Source: Minisyncoccota bacterium (GTDB lineage: Bacteria; Patescibacteriota; Minisyncoccia; Phycocordibacterales; Zambryskibacteraceae). Taken from it: DNA of 64,000 nt. Under the pieces are notes generated by a model. The model did not search any database. It was not told the DNA's origin and saw nothing but the letters and a program-made list of their open reading frames with translations. Positions 18,873 to 27,895 of the stretch are shown here, in pieces; within the stretch, counting starts at the first letter, position 1, and each line of letters opens with the position of its first letter. The translations under genes and the position numbers were made by a program. The stretch spans positions 56,289 to 120,288 of the forward strand of contig JANWHY010000008.1 of NCBI GenBank assembly GCA_025450175.1, in the 5' to 3' direction.

Positions 18873-19789
18873 TGGAATAGTCCGTCAGTAGTACTGAATA
18901 CATATTTGTTTAATGCTCCAGTAACAAATGCTTCTACAAGATCTTCTAAGTGCTGGGCACTTACGAATCGATCCATGTTGGCGGGGAGAACATGGTTTAG
19001 CTGCTCTGCTATGACAATGCCAGGAGTTTGTACTGGACCACGCTTGGTACACTCGCCTACGGCCTTACCAGGGACGTGACCATTTCCCCCTACCTGCCCA
19101 CTGACGTTTGTGCCGGCTTCAACCTGTATAGGCGGAGGGTTAGTTTCTAAACACTCTGACCAGCTAAGAAATCCCTGAGCCCAATCAAGTTGCTGACTCT
19201 CTATGCCAATTTGAGTTGCTAGGCGATTATCGAGCTCCACCTTCGCTTCGAGATATGCTCCGTAGGGGTTGTTAGAATTATTTTGAGTCATACTAAACCA
19301 GCCATCCCAACCTCCTTGAGAGAAGTCCCCATAAAATCCTTCTATGTTTCCAACCACATCAGTCAGGGTACATTGGAAACGATTAGGCCTATTGTATTCC
19401 GTCACTAGTGCAAGCCTGATCTGTGCTTGGAAGGGCGAACAAAGGAAACCAAGATCGCTCCCAGCTATGAATTCACCTGCTACCCCATCGGCAATATCTT
19501 GGAAGTATTGTTTGGGGTTAGTAGCATAAGCAGGATTACCCTCGAAGCCAGTGTTGGCCCACTCGACAGTAGAATCCACCATCCGCTGTATAACTGCTTG
19601 GGCAGCCGCTCTGGCAGCAATATCAGCGAAGGTCAAACTAGTTTGAGCAATAACAGAGGCATTAACTGTGGGGTCAAAGACCACTCCTCCAAACAACTGC
19701 GCTTCAGCTCGCGAAGCAAACATGGGCAAGAAGCTCGTCAGAGTGAGAGAGAGTAGGAGAAGTGATGTTGTTAGGTATTTAGAGAACAT
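18869..19789 (-). CDS. secreted Cys-containing protein of the T4SS-like cluster
   Basis: signal peptide; WANTGFEGNP, LCSPF, CTL, GGWDGW, NNPYG, TPG motifs. Confidence 0.65.
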   Translation of the reverse strand: MFSKYLTTSLLLLSLTLTSFLPMFASRAEAQLFGGVVFDPTVNASVIAQTSLTFADIAARAAAQAVIQRMVDSTVEWANTGFEGNPAYATNPKQYFQDIADGVAGEFIAGSDLGFLCSPFQAQIRLALVTEYNRPNRFQCTLTDVVGNIEGFYGDFSQGGWDGWFSMTQNNSNNPYGAYLEAKVELDNRLATQIGIESQQLDWAQGFLSWSECLETNPPPIQVEAGTNVSGQVGGNGHVPGKAVGECTKRGPVQTPGIVIAEQLNHVLPANMDRFVSAQHLEDLVEAFVTGALNKYVFSTTDGLFH

Positions 19790-19790
19790 T

Positions 19791-20567
19791 TTAGTAAGTT
19801 ATATTCCACTTATCCTTTAGATCTTTCTTGATTTCCTCCAAGACCGTTCTTTCTTTCTCCATGTTTTCTTTGAGGGCTATCAATCCGGCTAAAGCTTTCA
19901 TAGGATCAGTTTCCATATCTATATAAGCCTTCATGGCTGCTTGATTAGAGAGATGAAGGTTCACTAACTCTAATTGGAGAGATGAGAAGGATGTGGGCAC
20001 GGGCATACTTTTAAAAGCGGATGCAAGAGTGCTGTAAATTTTTGCGGCACTGTTTACAAACGGAACATAAGAAGTTGTAGAAGGTTGAGGACCAGAAGTG
20101 GTCATTTCTTTAGCAGAATTTATGTAAGCGTTTGAGAGTGCTTTGGAATATGTGACAACACTTTCTTCTGAGTCGTATACGACATTGATATCTAAGATGA
20201 TTGCCTTGGTAAACACGTGACTTCTAAGCGTGGCCTCTACATACTCACTGGCTAGAGTGTCGATAGTTCCTTGGTCGGGAGCGAGACCGCTTGATTCTAA
20301 GTTGAGGTAGCTGAGTAGTAAGTTCCTAGTAATAATATCTGTGCTTGTTAGAGGTTCTGATGGGGGTTGCTTGACCTCCTGGGGCGGGACTTCGTGGGTA
20401 AGAGGTAGGAAACTATTGAGCATGGCTTCCTCTTCGTCTGTTGTCTTAACAGTTTTTATTGCGGCCTCGTTGTAATAGATCTCTTGGGCGGGAGCGAGGC
20501 GATACCAAGAAGCTACTCCTATAAGTAGTATCGATAATGAAAGTGCTAGTCCTAATCTAAGAGACAC
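19791..20567 (-). CDS. membrane-anchored helical protein, first gene of the T4SS-like cluster
   Basis: GTG start, N-terminal TM helix, MPVP and DPMKAL motifs. Confidence 0.65.
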   Translation of the reverse strand: MSLRLGLALSLSILLIGVASWYRLAPAQEIYYNEAAIKTVKTTDEEEAMLNSFLPLTHEVPPQEVKQPPSEPLTSTDIITRNLLLSYLNLESSGLAPDQGTIDTLASEYVEATLRSHVFTKAIILDINVVYDSEESVVTYSKALSNAYINSAKEMTTSGPQPSTTSYVPFVNSAAKIYSTLASAFKSMPVPTSFSSLQLELVNLHLSNQAAMKAYIDMETDPMKALAGLIALKENMEKERTVLEEIKKDLKDKWNITY

Positions 20568-20576
20568 GTTAACTAA

Positions 20577-20620
20577 ATTATAAGGTACTTATACACAATT
20601 TACACACTATTTTATCAACA
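20577..20620 (-). promoter_or_regulatory. promoter of T4SS-like cluster overlapped by DnaA boxes
   Basis: minus-strand TATAAT at 20577-20582; TTATACACA 20589-97, ATTTACACA 20598-606, TTATCAACA 20612-20. Confidence 0.55.
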
Positions 20621-20626
20621 GGTGGG

Positions 20627-21415
20627 CTAATTTTTTAGCAATTTTGCCAATTTTTGCCAGATTTCTATACTAAGATCCTCTGCGCGCACGTTTTCATCAA
20701 GCTTAAGCTCCTCAAAAGCTCTTTTGACCTCCTCTTTGGGCAAAATATTGGAGAGATTGGAGGAGAGTTTCTTCCTCTTCGATTTGAAGCCCACATGCAC
20801 CAGGTTGAAGAAATCCTTCTCGCTAAAATTTTGGAAAAAGTTTTTAGAAATGTCTTCGATGAGTAAAATGGCGGAATCTACTTTTGGTGCGGGCACAAAG
20901 GAGCCAGCTAAAACCTTCTCAACATATTGCGGCTTGCTATATGCTTGGACCGAGAGAGATAAAATACTTTGTTTGTTATTTTTTGCTACGACTCTTTCTG
21001 CCACTTCCTTCTGTACTAAGAGCACCATGCGCTCTGGTTGCTTGTCGTTCGATAAAAACCTTTCTAATATCGCTCCGGTGAGGTTGTAGGGGATGTTGGC
21101 GATGAGTTTGTAGGTTCTAGGTTCTAGGTTATAGGTTTTAAAATCAAAATTTAAAATATCCCCATTTCTTAGAATTAATTTTTCCTCTGTAATTTCTCTC
21201 TTAAATTTTGTTTCCAATTCTTTATAGAGATAATCATCCTTTTCTATAGCTAAAAGCTTACAGCCCGTAGCCAAAAGTTTCTCTGTCAGCGCTCCTTGTC
21301 CTGGGCCAATTTCTAACACAAAATCTTCGGGACTAATCTCTCCTACCTCGACTATTCGCTCGAGCGCTCTCTCGCTCTTGAGGAAGTGTTGGCCTAAAGA
21401 TTTTTTAGCGTACAT
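20627..21415 (-). CDS. rsmA: 16S rRNA m6,2A dimethyltransferase
   Basis: KKSLGQHFL, LEIGPGQG, ANIPY, QKEVAER, PAPKVDS. Confidence 0.97.
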   Translation of the reverse strand: MYAKKSLGQHFLKSERALERIVEVGEISPEDFVLEIGPGQGALTEKLLATGCKLLAIEKDDYLYKELETKFKREITEEKLILRNGDILNFDFKTYNLEPRTYKLIANIPYNLTGAILERFLSNDKQPERMVLLVQKEVAERVVAKNNKQSILSLSVQAYSKPQYVEKVLAGSFVPAPKVDSAILLIEDISKNFFQNFSEKDFFNLVHVGFKSKRKKLSSNLSNILPKEEVKRAFEELKLDENVRAEDLSIEIWQKLAKLLKN

Positions 21416-21428
21416 GTCAGTGAGAAGT

Positions 21429-23381
21429 TTAGAATTCTATTTCGAGTAACGGTCTTCGAGGAGTTGCTTCATTACGAATTTCGTAATCAACAAGACTCTC
21501 AGGAATATCGAAAATAAATTGAGAAGGAATGTTTATCTGTCGGCGACCGAAGATAGTACGCACTTCACTTGAAGAGAGGAAAACTTTTTTCCTCGCGCGC
21601 GTGAGCGCTACGTAGAAGAGGCGCCGCTCTTCCTCGTTTTCTTCTGGAGTCTTGTCACTCTCAAGTCCTTGGTGAGGGAAAAGACCTTCTTCGAGCCCTG
21701 TGATAAATACGACATCAAACTCGAGCCCTTTAGCCGCATGCACAGTCATAAGTCTGACCGCTCTCTTCCCCTCATCAAGCTCATCTTGGTCGCTCTGTAG
21801 AGCCACATCGGAGAGTAAGTTGGCCACAGCAACCTCAGAAGGAAGGTGATTATATCGGGAAGCAAAGTTGACCAACTCATAAGCATTTTCTAGTCGCGCT
21901 TCACCTTCTTCTCCACCTTTCTTCCACTCTTCTTCGAGAGTGGAAGTTTTGATAATGAAGGTAAGAGTTTCGGAAATAATTTTTTCTCTTGCTACCACCG
22001 CAATCTTATCTAGAAGTTCGCGGAAACTTTTTAACTTCGCTCTCGTACCACTAGGCAATCCTTCTTCCTGGTTAGCAAAAATTTTTAGCACCGTAGTCTT
22101 GCCGATGCCACGCGCGGGAGTATTGATAATGCGCTTTAGATCAGAGAGACTCTCAGGATTAAGTGCAGCACGTAGGTACGAGATAACATCCTTCACCTCT
22201 TGGCGTTCGAAGAAGCGCGTACCAAGCATTTGGTAAGGAAGACCAGCTGTCATAAAAGCTTCTTCGAGAATGCGGGACTGGAAGTTGGCTCGATAAAGTA
22301 CCGCAATCTCTTCGGGCGGTGTACCTTGGGCCATAAGTTCCTTCACCTTACTTGCCACATACTCTGCTTCTCCAATCTCATCGATATTTTGAGCGAAAAT
22401 AATTTTCTCCCCACTCTCACTCTTGGTAAAAAGATTTTTCTTGCGGCGCATCTTGTTTTTCTCTATCACAGCATTGGCCGCGTCCAAAATATTTTTGCTT
22501 GAGCGGTAATTCTCTTCTAGGAGAACAACTTTTGCGCTCGGGTAATCCGCTTCGAAGTCCAAAATATTTTTGATATCGGCACCGCGCCAAGAATAAATGT
22601 TTTGATCTATGTCGCCTACCGCACAAATGTTATCTCCACTTCCCACCAGCATCTTTGCGATCTCATACTGCACTCTGTTGGTGTCTTGATACTCATCGAT
22701 GTGTATGTGAGTCCAGTGCTCTTGATAGTAGCGACGTACACCCGCCTCGTCTCTAAGTAAGTTGCGAGTCTTCAGTAAGAGGTCATCGAAGTCTAGGGCG
22801 GAATCACGTTTCAAAATCTTTTCATACTCCGGCCAGACCTCACTCACCACCTTTATAAAGTATCCTTGCCTTTGGGTGCCTTGTGCCTCGCGGAACTCCT
22901 CACAAGTGAGCCCCCTGCCTTTCTCCTTAGAGATTACCCCTAAAATACGGCCAGGGTCGTGAGTCTTCGGGTCAAGGCCAAATTGGGTTAAAGCTTCCTT
23001 TACGGCCGCCCTGCTCTCCCCTCGGTCGAAGACTACGAAGTACTTCTTTATCCCCAATATATGGGCTTGTTCGCGTAAGATGTGGACTCCTAGGGAGTGG
23101 AAGGTGCTTACAAAGGGCTTCTCATCCCCGGCTCCGCCCGGCGGAGCCGTCTCCCAGCCCTTCTCAATACGATCCCTCATCTCCCGAGCCGCCTTGTTGG
23201 TGAAGGTTATGGCCAAAATACTCGAAGGAGCTATGCCAGTCTTCACCAAATGGCGAATTCTCTCGGTAATAGTCTTGGTTTTGCCAGCTCCAGCACCCGC
23301 CAGGATCAAAAGAGGGCCAGAAATAGTGGAAACAGCATCCTTTTGGGCTTCATTTAGGCCGAGTTTATCTAAATTTGACAT
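21429..23381 (-). CDS. pcrA: ATP-dependent DNA helicase PcrA/UvrD
   Basis: LAGAGAGKT, TFTNKAA, DEYQD, ENYRS, MTVHAAKGLEF, EERRLFYVALTRA. Confidence 0.95.
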   Translation of the reverse strand: MSNLDKLGLNEAQKDAVSTISGPLLILAGAGAGKTKTITERIRHLVKTGIAPSSILAITFTNKAAREMRDRIEKGWETAPPGGAGDEKPFVSTFHSLGVHILREQAHILGIKKYFVVFDRGESRAAVKEALTQFGLDPKTHDPGRILGVISKEKGRGLTCEEFREAQGTQRQGYFIKVVSEVWPEYEKILKRDSALDFDDLLLKTRNLLRDEAGVRRYYQEHWTHIHIDEYQDTNRVQYEIAKMLVGSGDNICAVGDIDQNIYSWRGADIKNILDFEADYPSAKVVLLEENYRSSKNILDAANAVIEKNKMRRKKNLFTKSESGEKIIFAQNIDEIGEAEYVASKVKELMAQGTPPEEIAVLYRANFQSRILEEAFMTAGLPYQMLGTRFFERQEVKDVISYLRAALNPESLSDLKRIINTPARGIGKTTVLKIFANQEEGLPSGTRAKLKSFRELLDKIAVVAREKIISETLTFIIKTSTLEEEWKKGGEEGEARLENAYELVNFASRYNHLPSEVAVANLLSDVALQSDQDELDEGKRAVRLMTVHAAKGLEFDVVFITGLEEGLFPHQGLESDKTPEENEEERRLFYVALTRARKKVFLSSSEVRTIFGRRQINIPSQFIFDIPESLVDYEIRNEATPRRPLLEIEF

Positions 23382-23541
23382 AAGTGCTTATGGCCGGAGA
23401 GGTTAAGAAGGCAGTAGACACTATATCACGCAGGGGCTATAATTAGGCCTTACTCTATGAATTTTTCCTGAAGTGGGGCGCAAGAGGGCCTTACTTAACA
23501 CCAGATAATCCGACCAACCACTACAAGTTTAACCAGGAAGT

Positions 23542-24546
23542 ATTAGACTCTCTAAAAAGAATCCCAAATATACTAAAAAGCGTCGTGGGCTCCGGGTCTT
23601 CGCGCTTTTTATTGCAATCTCTGCCCCCTTCTTGGTTTTCGCTCGAAGTCAGGGGTTTAAGCTCTTTCTTGCTCCAGAGATAACTAGTCTCGGGAACTCT
23701 CAGACTATGAGCTTGCTTGAAGGCTATTTGAATATTAATCCTACCGGTACGGGTGGAGCTGAGATCGCTATCGTCGACGATGTGGCTCTAGCTTCTGGAG
23801 GTGGAGATAGTGAGGTATTCGTCGACCCAGGTAAGTCGGGCAATGGCCAGATTAGTGTCTATATAGTGCGTGAGGGAGATACCTTGAGTGGTATCGCCAA
23901 GATGTTTGATGTTTCGGTCAATACTATTATGTGGGCTAATGGTATCGGTGGGAGTTCTCTCAAGGCTGGTCAGGAGCTCGTCATTCTCCCTATCTCAGGT
24001 GTGCGTCACACGGTAAAGTCGGGAGACACCCTCCAATCTCTTGCCAAGAAGTACAAAGCCGATCTTGGCGACATTATCTCCTACAACGGACTCTCGACTG
24101 GCGCCACTCTTAAGACTGGTGATGTGATCATAATCCCCGACGGAGTGATCGCGGCCCCACAATCTTCTGGAGGTTCGGGTGGATCCAATACTCCTTCTTA
24201 TGCTGGCTTCTATCTACGCCCCATTAACGGCGGCAAGAAGAGTCAAGGTATACATGGACACAATGGTATCGATCTTGCTGCTCCTGTAGGTACCTCCGTG
24301 CGTGCGAGTGCTGGTGGTAAGGTAATTATTTCTAAAAAGAGTGGTTACAACGGCGGTTATGGAACATATATCGTCATTAGCCACTCCAATGGTACTCAAA
24401 CAGTCTATGGACACTTAAATACTAACAATGTTTCGGTTGGCGAGATGGTAAGCCAGGGCCAAGTGATCGGCGCTATAGGTATGACTGGTAAAACTACTGG
24501 ACCCCACCTCCACTTCGAAGTTCGTGGTGCTAAAAATCCTTTCTAG
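23542..24546 (+). CDS. LysM x2 + M23 peptidase (peptidoglycan hydrolase)
   Basis: two LysM domains (GDTLSGIAK, GDTLQSLAK), M23 HxxxD (HNGID) and HxH (PHLHFE); frame open from 23533 and encodes a signal peptide upstream of TTG 23632; start uncertain. Confidence 0.9.
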   Translation: MRLSKKNPKYTKKRRGLRVFALFIAISAPFLVFARSQGFKLFLAPEITSLGNSQTMSLLEGYLNINPTGTGGAEIAIVDDVALASGGGDSEVFVDPGKSGNGQISVYIVREGDTLSGIAKMFDVSVNTIMWANGIGGSSLKAGQELVILPISGVRHTVKSGDTLQSLAKKYKADLGDIISYNGLSTGATLKTGDVIIIPDGVIAAPQSSGGSGGSNTPSYAGFYLRPINGGKKSQGIHGHNGIDLAAPVGTSVRASAGGKVIISKKSGYNGGYGTYIVISHSNGTQTVYGHLNTNNVSVGEMVSQGQVIGAIGMTGKTTGPHLHFEVRGAKNPF

Positions 24547-24549
24547 TTT

Positions 24550-26085
24550 TTATACATCAAACTTTTTTGGACGATATTCTACGGCTTCTAGTATGTGAGT
24601 GTTTTTTATATCTTCGCTTTCTTCGAGATCGGCTATGGTGCGAGCTACTTTGATCATCCTGTGATACACGCGTGGTGAGAAGCCAAGTCGCTCAGACGCG
24701 AGGTCGAGAGTTCGTCTTGATGAATCATCCAGTTTTATAAGTGTCACAAGATCACGAGCTCCCATCTCAGCATTGCGTAAAATTTTCTTACCTCCTTTTT
24801 TAAACCTTTCGTCCTGGAGAGCTCTCGCTCTCGCCACTTTCCTACGGAAGATCTCGCTCCCCTCTCCATCTACACCTCCAGATAAGTCGCTGGTAGGAAT
24901 CCTATCTACCTCAAGCCATATGTCGATCCTGTCGATGATTGGTCCAGACATCTTTCTCCTATAACGCGTAAGTGCCGACGGAGTACATATACAAGGCTTA
25001 CCTTTGAAGCCGAAGTGCCCGCATGGGCATGGGTTCATCGCGGCGATGAGTAAAACATTGGCTGGGAAGATGGCTGTACCCTTAGCTCTTGCGACGGAAA
25101 TAACTTTGTCCTCAAGAGGTTGGCGTAAGCTCTCGATCACTCTCCGATCAAATTCTGGGAACTCATCTAAGAAGAGTACGCCAGAGTGGGCGATAGTGAT
25201 CTCTCCTGGTCGTGGGACAGCCCCACCGCCTACAAGTGATACATACGAAGAAGTGTGATGCGGTGCGCGGAATGGCGGATGAGTGATAAGAGTTTCGTGT
25301 AAGAGGCCTGCGACAGAGTGTATGCCCGTCGCTTCTAAAGCTTCGTCAAATGAGAGTGGCGGAAGTATGCCGGCAAAAGCCTTGGCAAGCATGGTCTTGC
25401 CCGTGCCAGGGGGTCCGTACATAGCCACATTGTGTCCTCCGGCGGCGGCGATAAGGAGCCCGCGCTTAGCTCGCTCTTGGCCCTTAATGTCAGAAAAGTC
25501 TGTAAGAACTTTCGGTCGACCTGTGCGAGTATCTATAACTGTAAGAGGAGCTCTCTCAATCCTTTTTGTCTCCAAGAGATGAGCTACAACTTCGCTAAGT
25601 GTGGAGATGCCGAAAATATTTATACCATCGATGAGTGCCGCCTCCCGCACATTTTCTACTGGGACATAGAGTTCCTGATAGCCTTGTTCTTTTATAAACT
25701 TGGCAATAGGTAAGACACCACGGATGGGTCGCACTTTACCATCTAGCGACAACTCTCCTAAGAAAATTTTACCTTCGGGATCGAAGTCGATATCCTCACT
25801 TGCAAGAAGGTATGAGAGAGCAATAGCTACGTCGTAGGAGGGGCCTTCCTTCTTCTCTGCGGCAGGGGCAAGAGATATAACGACCTTATGGTTCTTAGAC
25901 TTAGGAGAATCGTAGCCAGAATTCTTGATTGCGGCACTTACTCTATCGCGCGCTTCTTCTACGGCTTTATCTGGGAGACCTACAATAGCGAAGGCATTGA
26001 GTCCGCGAGAAATGTCGGTCTCTACAGAGATCTCGGTAACTTTTAGTAATTCGTTCTGAGCGCTGTAGACCTTGGAAAAGGACAT
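24550..26085 (-). CDS. comM: ComM/YifB Mg-chelatase-like AAA+ ATPase
   Basis: VGLPDKAVEE, GELSLDG, GPPGTGKT, PFRAPHH, NPCPCG, SGPIIDRID. Confidence 0.95.
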   Translation of the reverse strand: MSFSKVYSAQNELLKVTEISVETDISRGLNAFAIVGLPDKAVEEARDRVSAAIKNSGYDSPKSKNHKVVISLAPAAEKKEGPSYDVAIALSYLLASEDIDFDPEGKIFLGELSLDGKVRPIRGVLPIAKFIKEQGYQELYVPVENVREAALIDGINIFGISTLSEVVAHLLETKRIERAPLTVIDTRTGRPKVLTDFSDIKGQERAKRGLLIAAAGGHNVAMYGPPGTGKTMLAKAFAGILPPLSFDEALEATGIHSVAGLLHETLITHPPFRAPHHTSSYVSLVGGGAVPRPGEITIAHSGVLFLDEFPEFDRRVIESLRQPLEDKVISVARAKGTAIFPANVLLIAAMNPCPCGHFGFKGKPCICTPSALTRYRRKMSGPIIDRIDIWLEVDRIPTSDLSGGVDGEGSEIFRRKVARARALQDERFKKGGKKILRNAEMGARDLVTLIKLDDSSRRTLDLASERLGFSPRVYHRMIKVARTIADLEESEDIKNTHILEAVEYRPKKFDV

Positions 26086-26105
26086 GGGGAAATTATATAT
26101 GAAAT

Positions 26106-26840
26106 CTAAGTTTTATTTTTCTCCCAAATTCCTCTCATTAGTTCGCGCAAATTGTGTGCGAGTTTCTTGTCATAAATCTCTATTAGATAATTAGGCTTCT
26201 CTTTGTAAGAAACCATAACAATATAGTGTCCGCGCACCCATACCGCAGAATTAAAATCTAAGCTTTCGTCGAGTACCACAGCTTTTCTTTGTCGGAACTG
26301 GGGCATTCCTTGCTCTGGTGCATTTGTAATAACATTTGATTTGAAATTATCTGTATGAGGTCGTGTGTAATACCACTTAATCCATTCTTGATACTTGGGT
26401 CCAAAGGTTGGATCCTGGACACTCCAGAGGGTCGAATCTACTTCCATCATACTTTTATCCCACCTGTCTGCTTCTGAATATAAGTAACTTTCTAAATCTA
26501 CTTCTGGTACGAATTTTATTTTTGGGACTGAATAACCAGTATCTTTAGAAATAGCGTGAAGCTCTGGTATGAGACTCTCAACAATATTTTTCTGCCTTTG
26601 GACTAGGTAACGAAGCTCTTCTGGGGGTTGGGCAATAAGCATGTTTGGCCTCGAGCCAAGGTCCTGCACTATGTAGCCCTTATCTGCGAGTAATAGAGCC
26701 ACGCTATATACGGTAGTACGGTTTATGCCTGTAATCTGTGCTACTTCCGGTATAGAAACTCGGCCTTTCTGAAGGATGGCCAGGTATAGGGTAATCTCCT
26801 TCTCTCCTAAGCCAAGTTTCTCTAATTGCTCTCGGATCAT
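26106..26840 (-). CDS. TrmB-like winged-HTH transcriptional regulator
   Basis: LEKLGLGEKE..YLAIL..G...INRTTVY HTH followed by an effector-like domain. Confidence 0.8.
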   Translation of the reverse strand: MIREQLEKLGLGEKEITLYLAILQKGRVSIPEVAQITGINRTTVYSVALLLADKGYIVQDLGSRPNMLIAQPPEELRYLVQRQKNIVESLIPELHAISKDTGYSVPKIKFVPEVDLESYLYSEADRWDKSMMEVDSTLWSVQDPTFGPKYQEWIKWYYTRPHTDNFKSNVITNAPEQGMPQFRQRKAVVLDESLDFNSAVWVRGHYIVMVSYKEKPNYLIEIYDKKLAHNLRELMRGIWEKNKT

Positions 26841-26845
26841 GACCC

Positions 26846-26957
26846 AATCTTAACAAGTTGTCGAAATTTGTCAACAAGATTATATCTTTAATATAGGCTG
26901 TATTAATAGTAAATTATATGTACTACGTTGACTATATATAACAATCGTGTTAAGATT
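26846..26957. promoter_or_regulatory. divergent sigma70-type promoters
   Basis: minus strand TTGACA-17-TAAGAT and plus strand TTGACT-17-TAAGAT, both with a TG extension. Confidence 0.7.
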
Positions 26958-27002
26958 ATTTTAGAACAGTTCGGGCATATCGCCTGACTAAAGAGGTGTG
27001 AG

Positions 27003-27239
27003 ATGAGACTTATCTGGATTGCGGTTGATCCCGCTAACTCTGCCAGCTCCAAGTTGATTGAAGATATTGTTCAACTTGTGCGCATTCACGGTGGACGAGT
27101 TCATCCCAAGGTGTTTCCCGATGCGAGATTCCCTGGCCTGGATAACGGGTTTTCTCTGGGTACTCGCTACTGTCTAAATGACATTGCGCGGGCTATGGGG
27201 ATCAGGATGGTTCAAGTAGATGTACCTGAGCCGGATTAG
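27003..27239 (+). CDS. small hypothetical protein
   Basis: promoter upstream, SD AAGAGGTG, ATG. Confidence 0.6.
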   Translation: MRLIWIAVDPANSASSKLIEDIVQLVRIHGGRVHPKVFPDARFPGLDNGFSLGTRYCLNDIARAMGIRMVQVDVPEPD

Positions 27240-27290
27240 TTCTTTAACAAATAACTCCGCGTGGCTGTGGAGAGAGAAAGGCTCAGTGAC

Positions 27291-27497
27291 ATGTCGTGGT
27301 ACAACCAATATGTTGTAACCTGTGATGGTTGTAAGTTCCGTAAGGAGGTATATACAGTCAGTTCTCGGCATGCTATCGCAGAAGTCCTCTGGCTCTATGG
27401 ATGTATTGACTGGGGGGAACTGAATGAGTGCATGGAGTGTGGAGGTCAGCTAAAGGTAACCCTCGAAGAGAAAAAGGAGTCTAAGGCGTCGGAGTGA
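27291..27497 (+). CDS. small Zn-ribbon-like protein (CxxC...CxxC)
   Basis: CDGC and CMEC pairs; purine-rich SD (GAAAGG) before ATG 27291; terminator after. Confidence 0.55.
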   Translation: MSWYNQYVVTCDGCKFRKEVYTVSSRHAIAEVLWLYGCIDWGELNECMECGGQLKVTLEEKKESKASE

Positions 27498-27511
27498 TCC
27501 GACGCCTTTTG
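27483..27511. terminator. intrinsic terminator
   Basis: AAGGCGTCGGA-GTGA-TCCGACGCCTTTT between convergent genes. Confidence 0.8.
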
Positions 27512-27871
27512 TTATTGCATGTGTTCTTTACAAGTAGTTGCGGAGGGGTTTGCTTCGAGGCGATCACTCTCTATTTCTTTCCCACAGACTTCGCAGATAC
27601 CATACTTATCACTCTCTATTTTCTCCAAAGCTTTTTTAACTTCGTTGTAGCGAGACTCAAGAGTGTTTACGATAGCCATCTTCTCATCGAACTCTTCTAT
27701 CGCATCGGCGGCGAGATTGTCGTCGGCATGTACTCGAGCATCATCGGCTGGAGCTGGGACCCAGTCACCTGGGGTATCAGGATTCTTCCTCCCGACATCT
27801 TGAAGCTCCTTTTCTAAGAGTTTCTTCTCAGCTAAAAGCTTCTCTTTGAATGCTTGTGGGTCAATTGTCAT
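27512..27871 (-). CDS. dksA: DksA/TraR C4 zinc-finger protein
   Basis: coiled coil, ALEKIE..YGICEVCG..RLEANPSATTCKEH. Confidence 0.85.
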   Translation of the reverse strand: MTIDPQAFKEKLLAEKKLLEKELQDVGRKNPDTPGDWVPAPADDARVHADDNLAADAIEEFDEKMAIVNTLESRYNEVKKALEKIESDKYGICEVCGKEIESDRLEANPSATTCKEHMQ

Positions 27872-27895
27872 CCTCTGATCTTAGCAGAAATGGTA

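Noticed and set aside
9552-20567. Interpretation as an integrative conjugative element
   Set aside because: No relaxase, coupling protein, integrase or att sites in the window; flanked by housekeeping genes
26846-26957. 10-bp inverted repeat AATCTTAACA/TGTTAAGATT as mobile-element ends
   Set aside because: Explained by two divergent extended -10 promoter boxes
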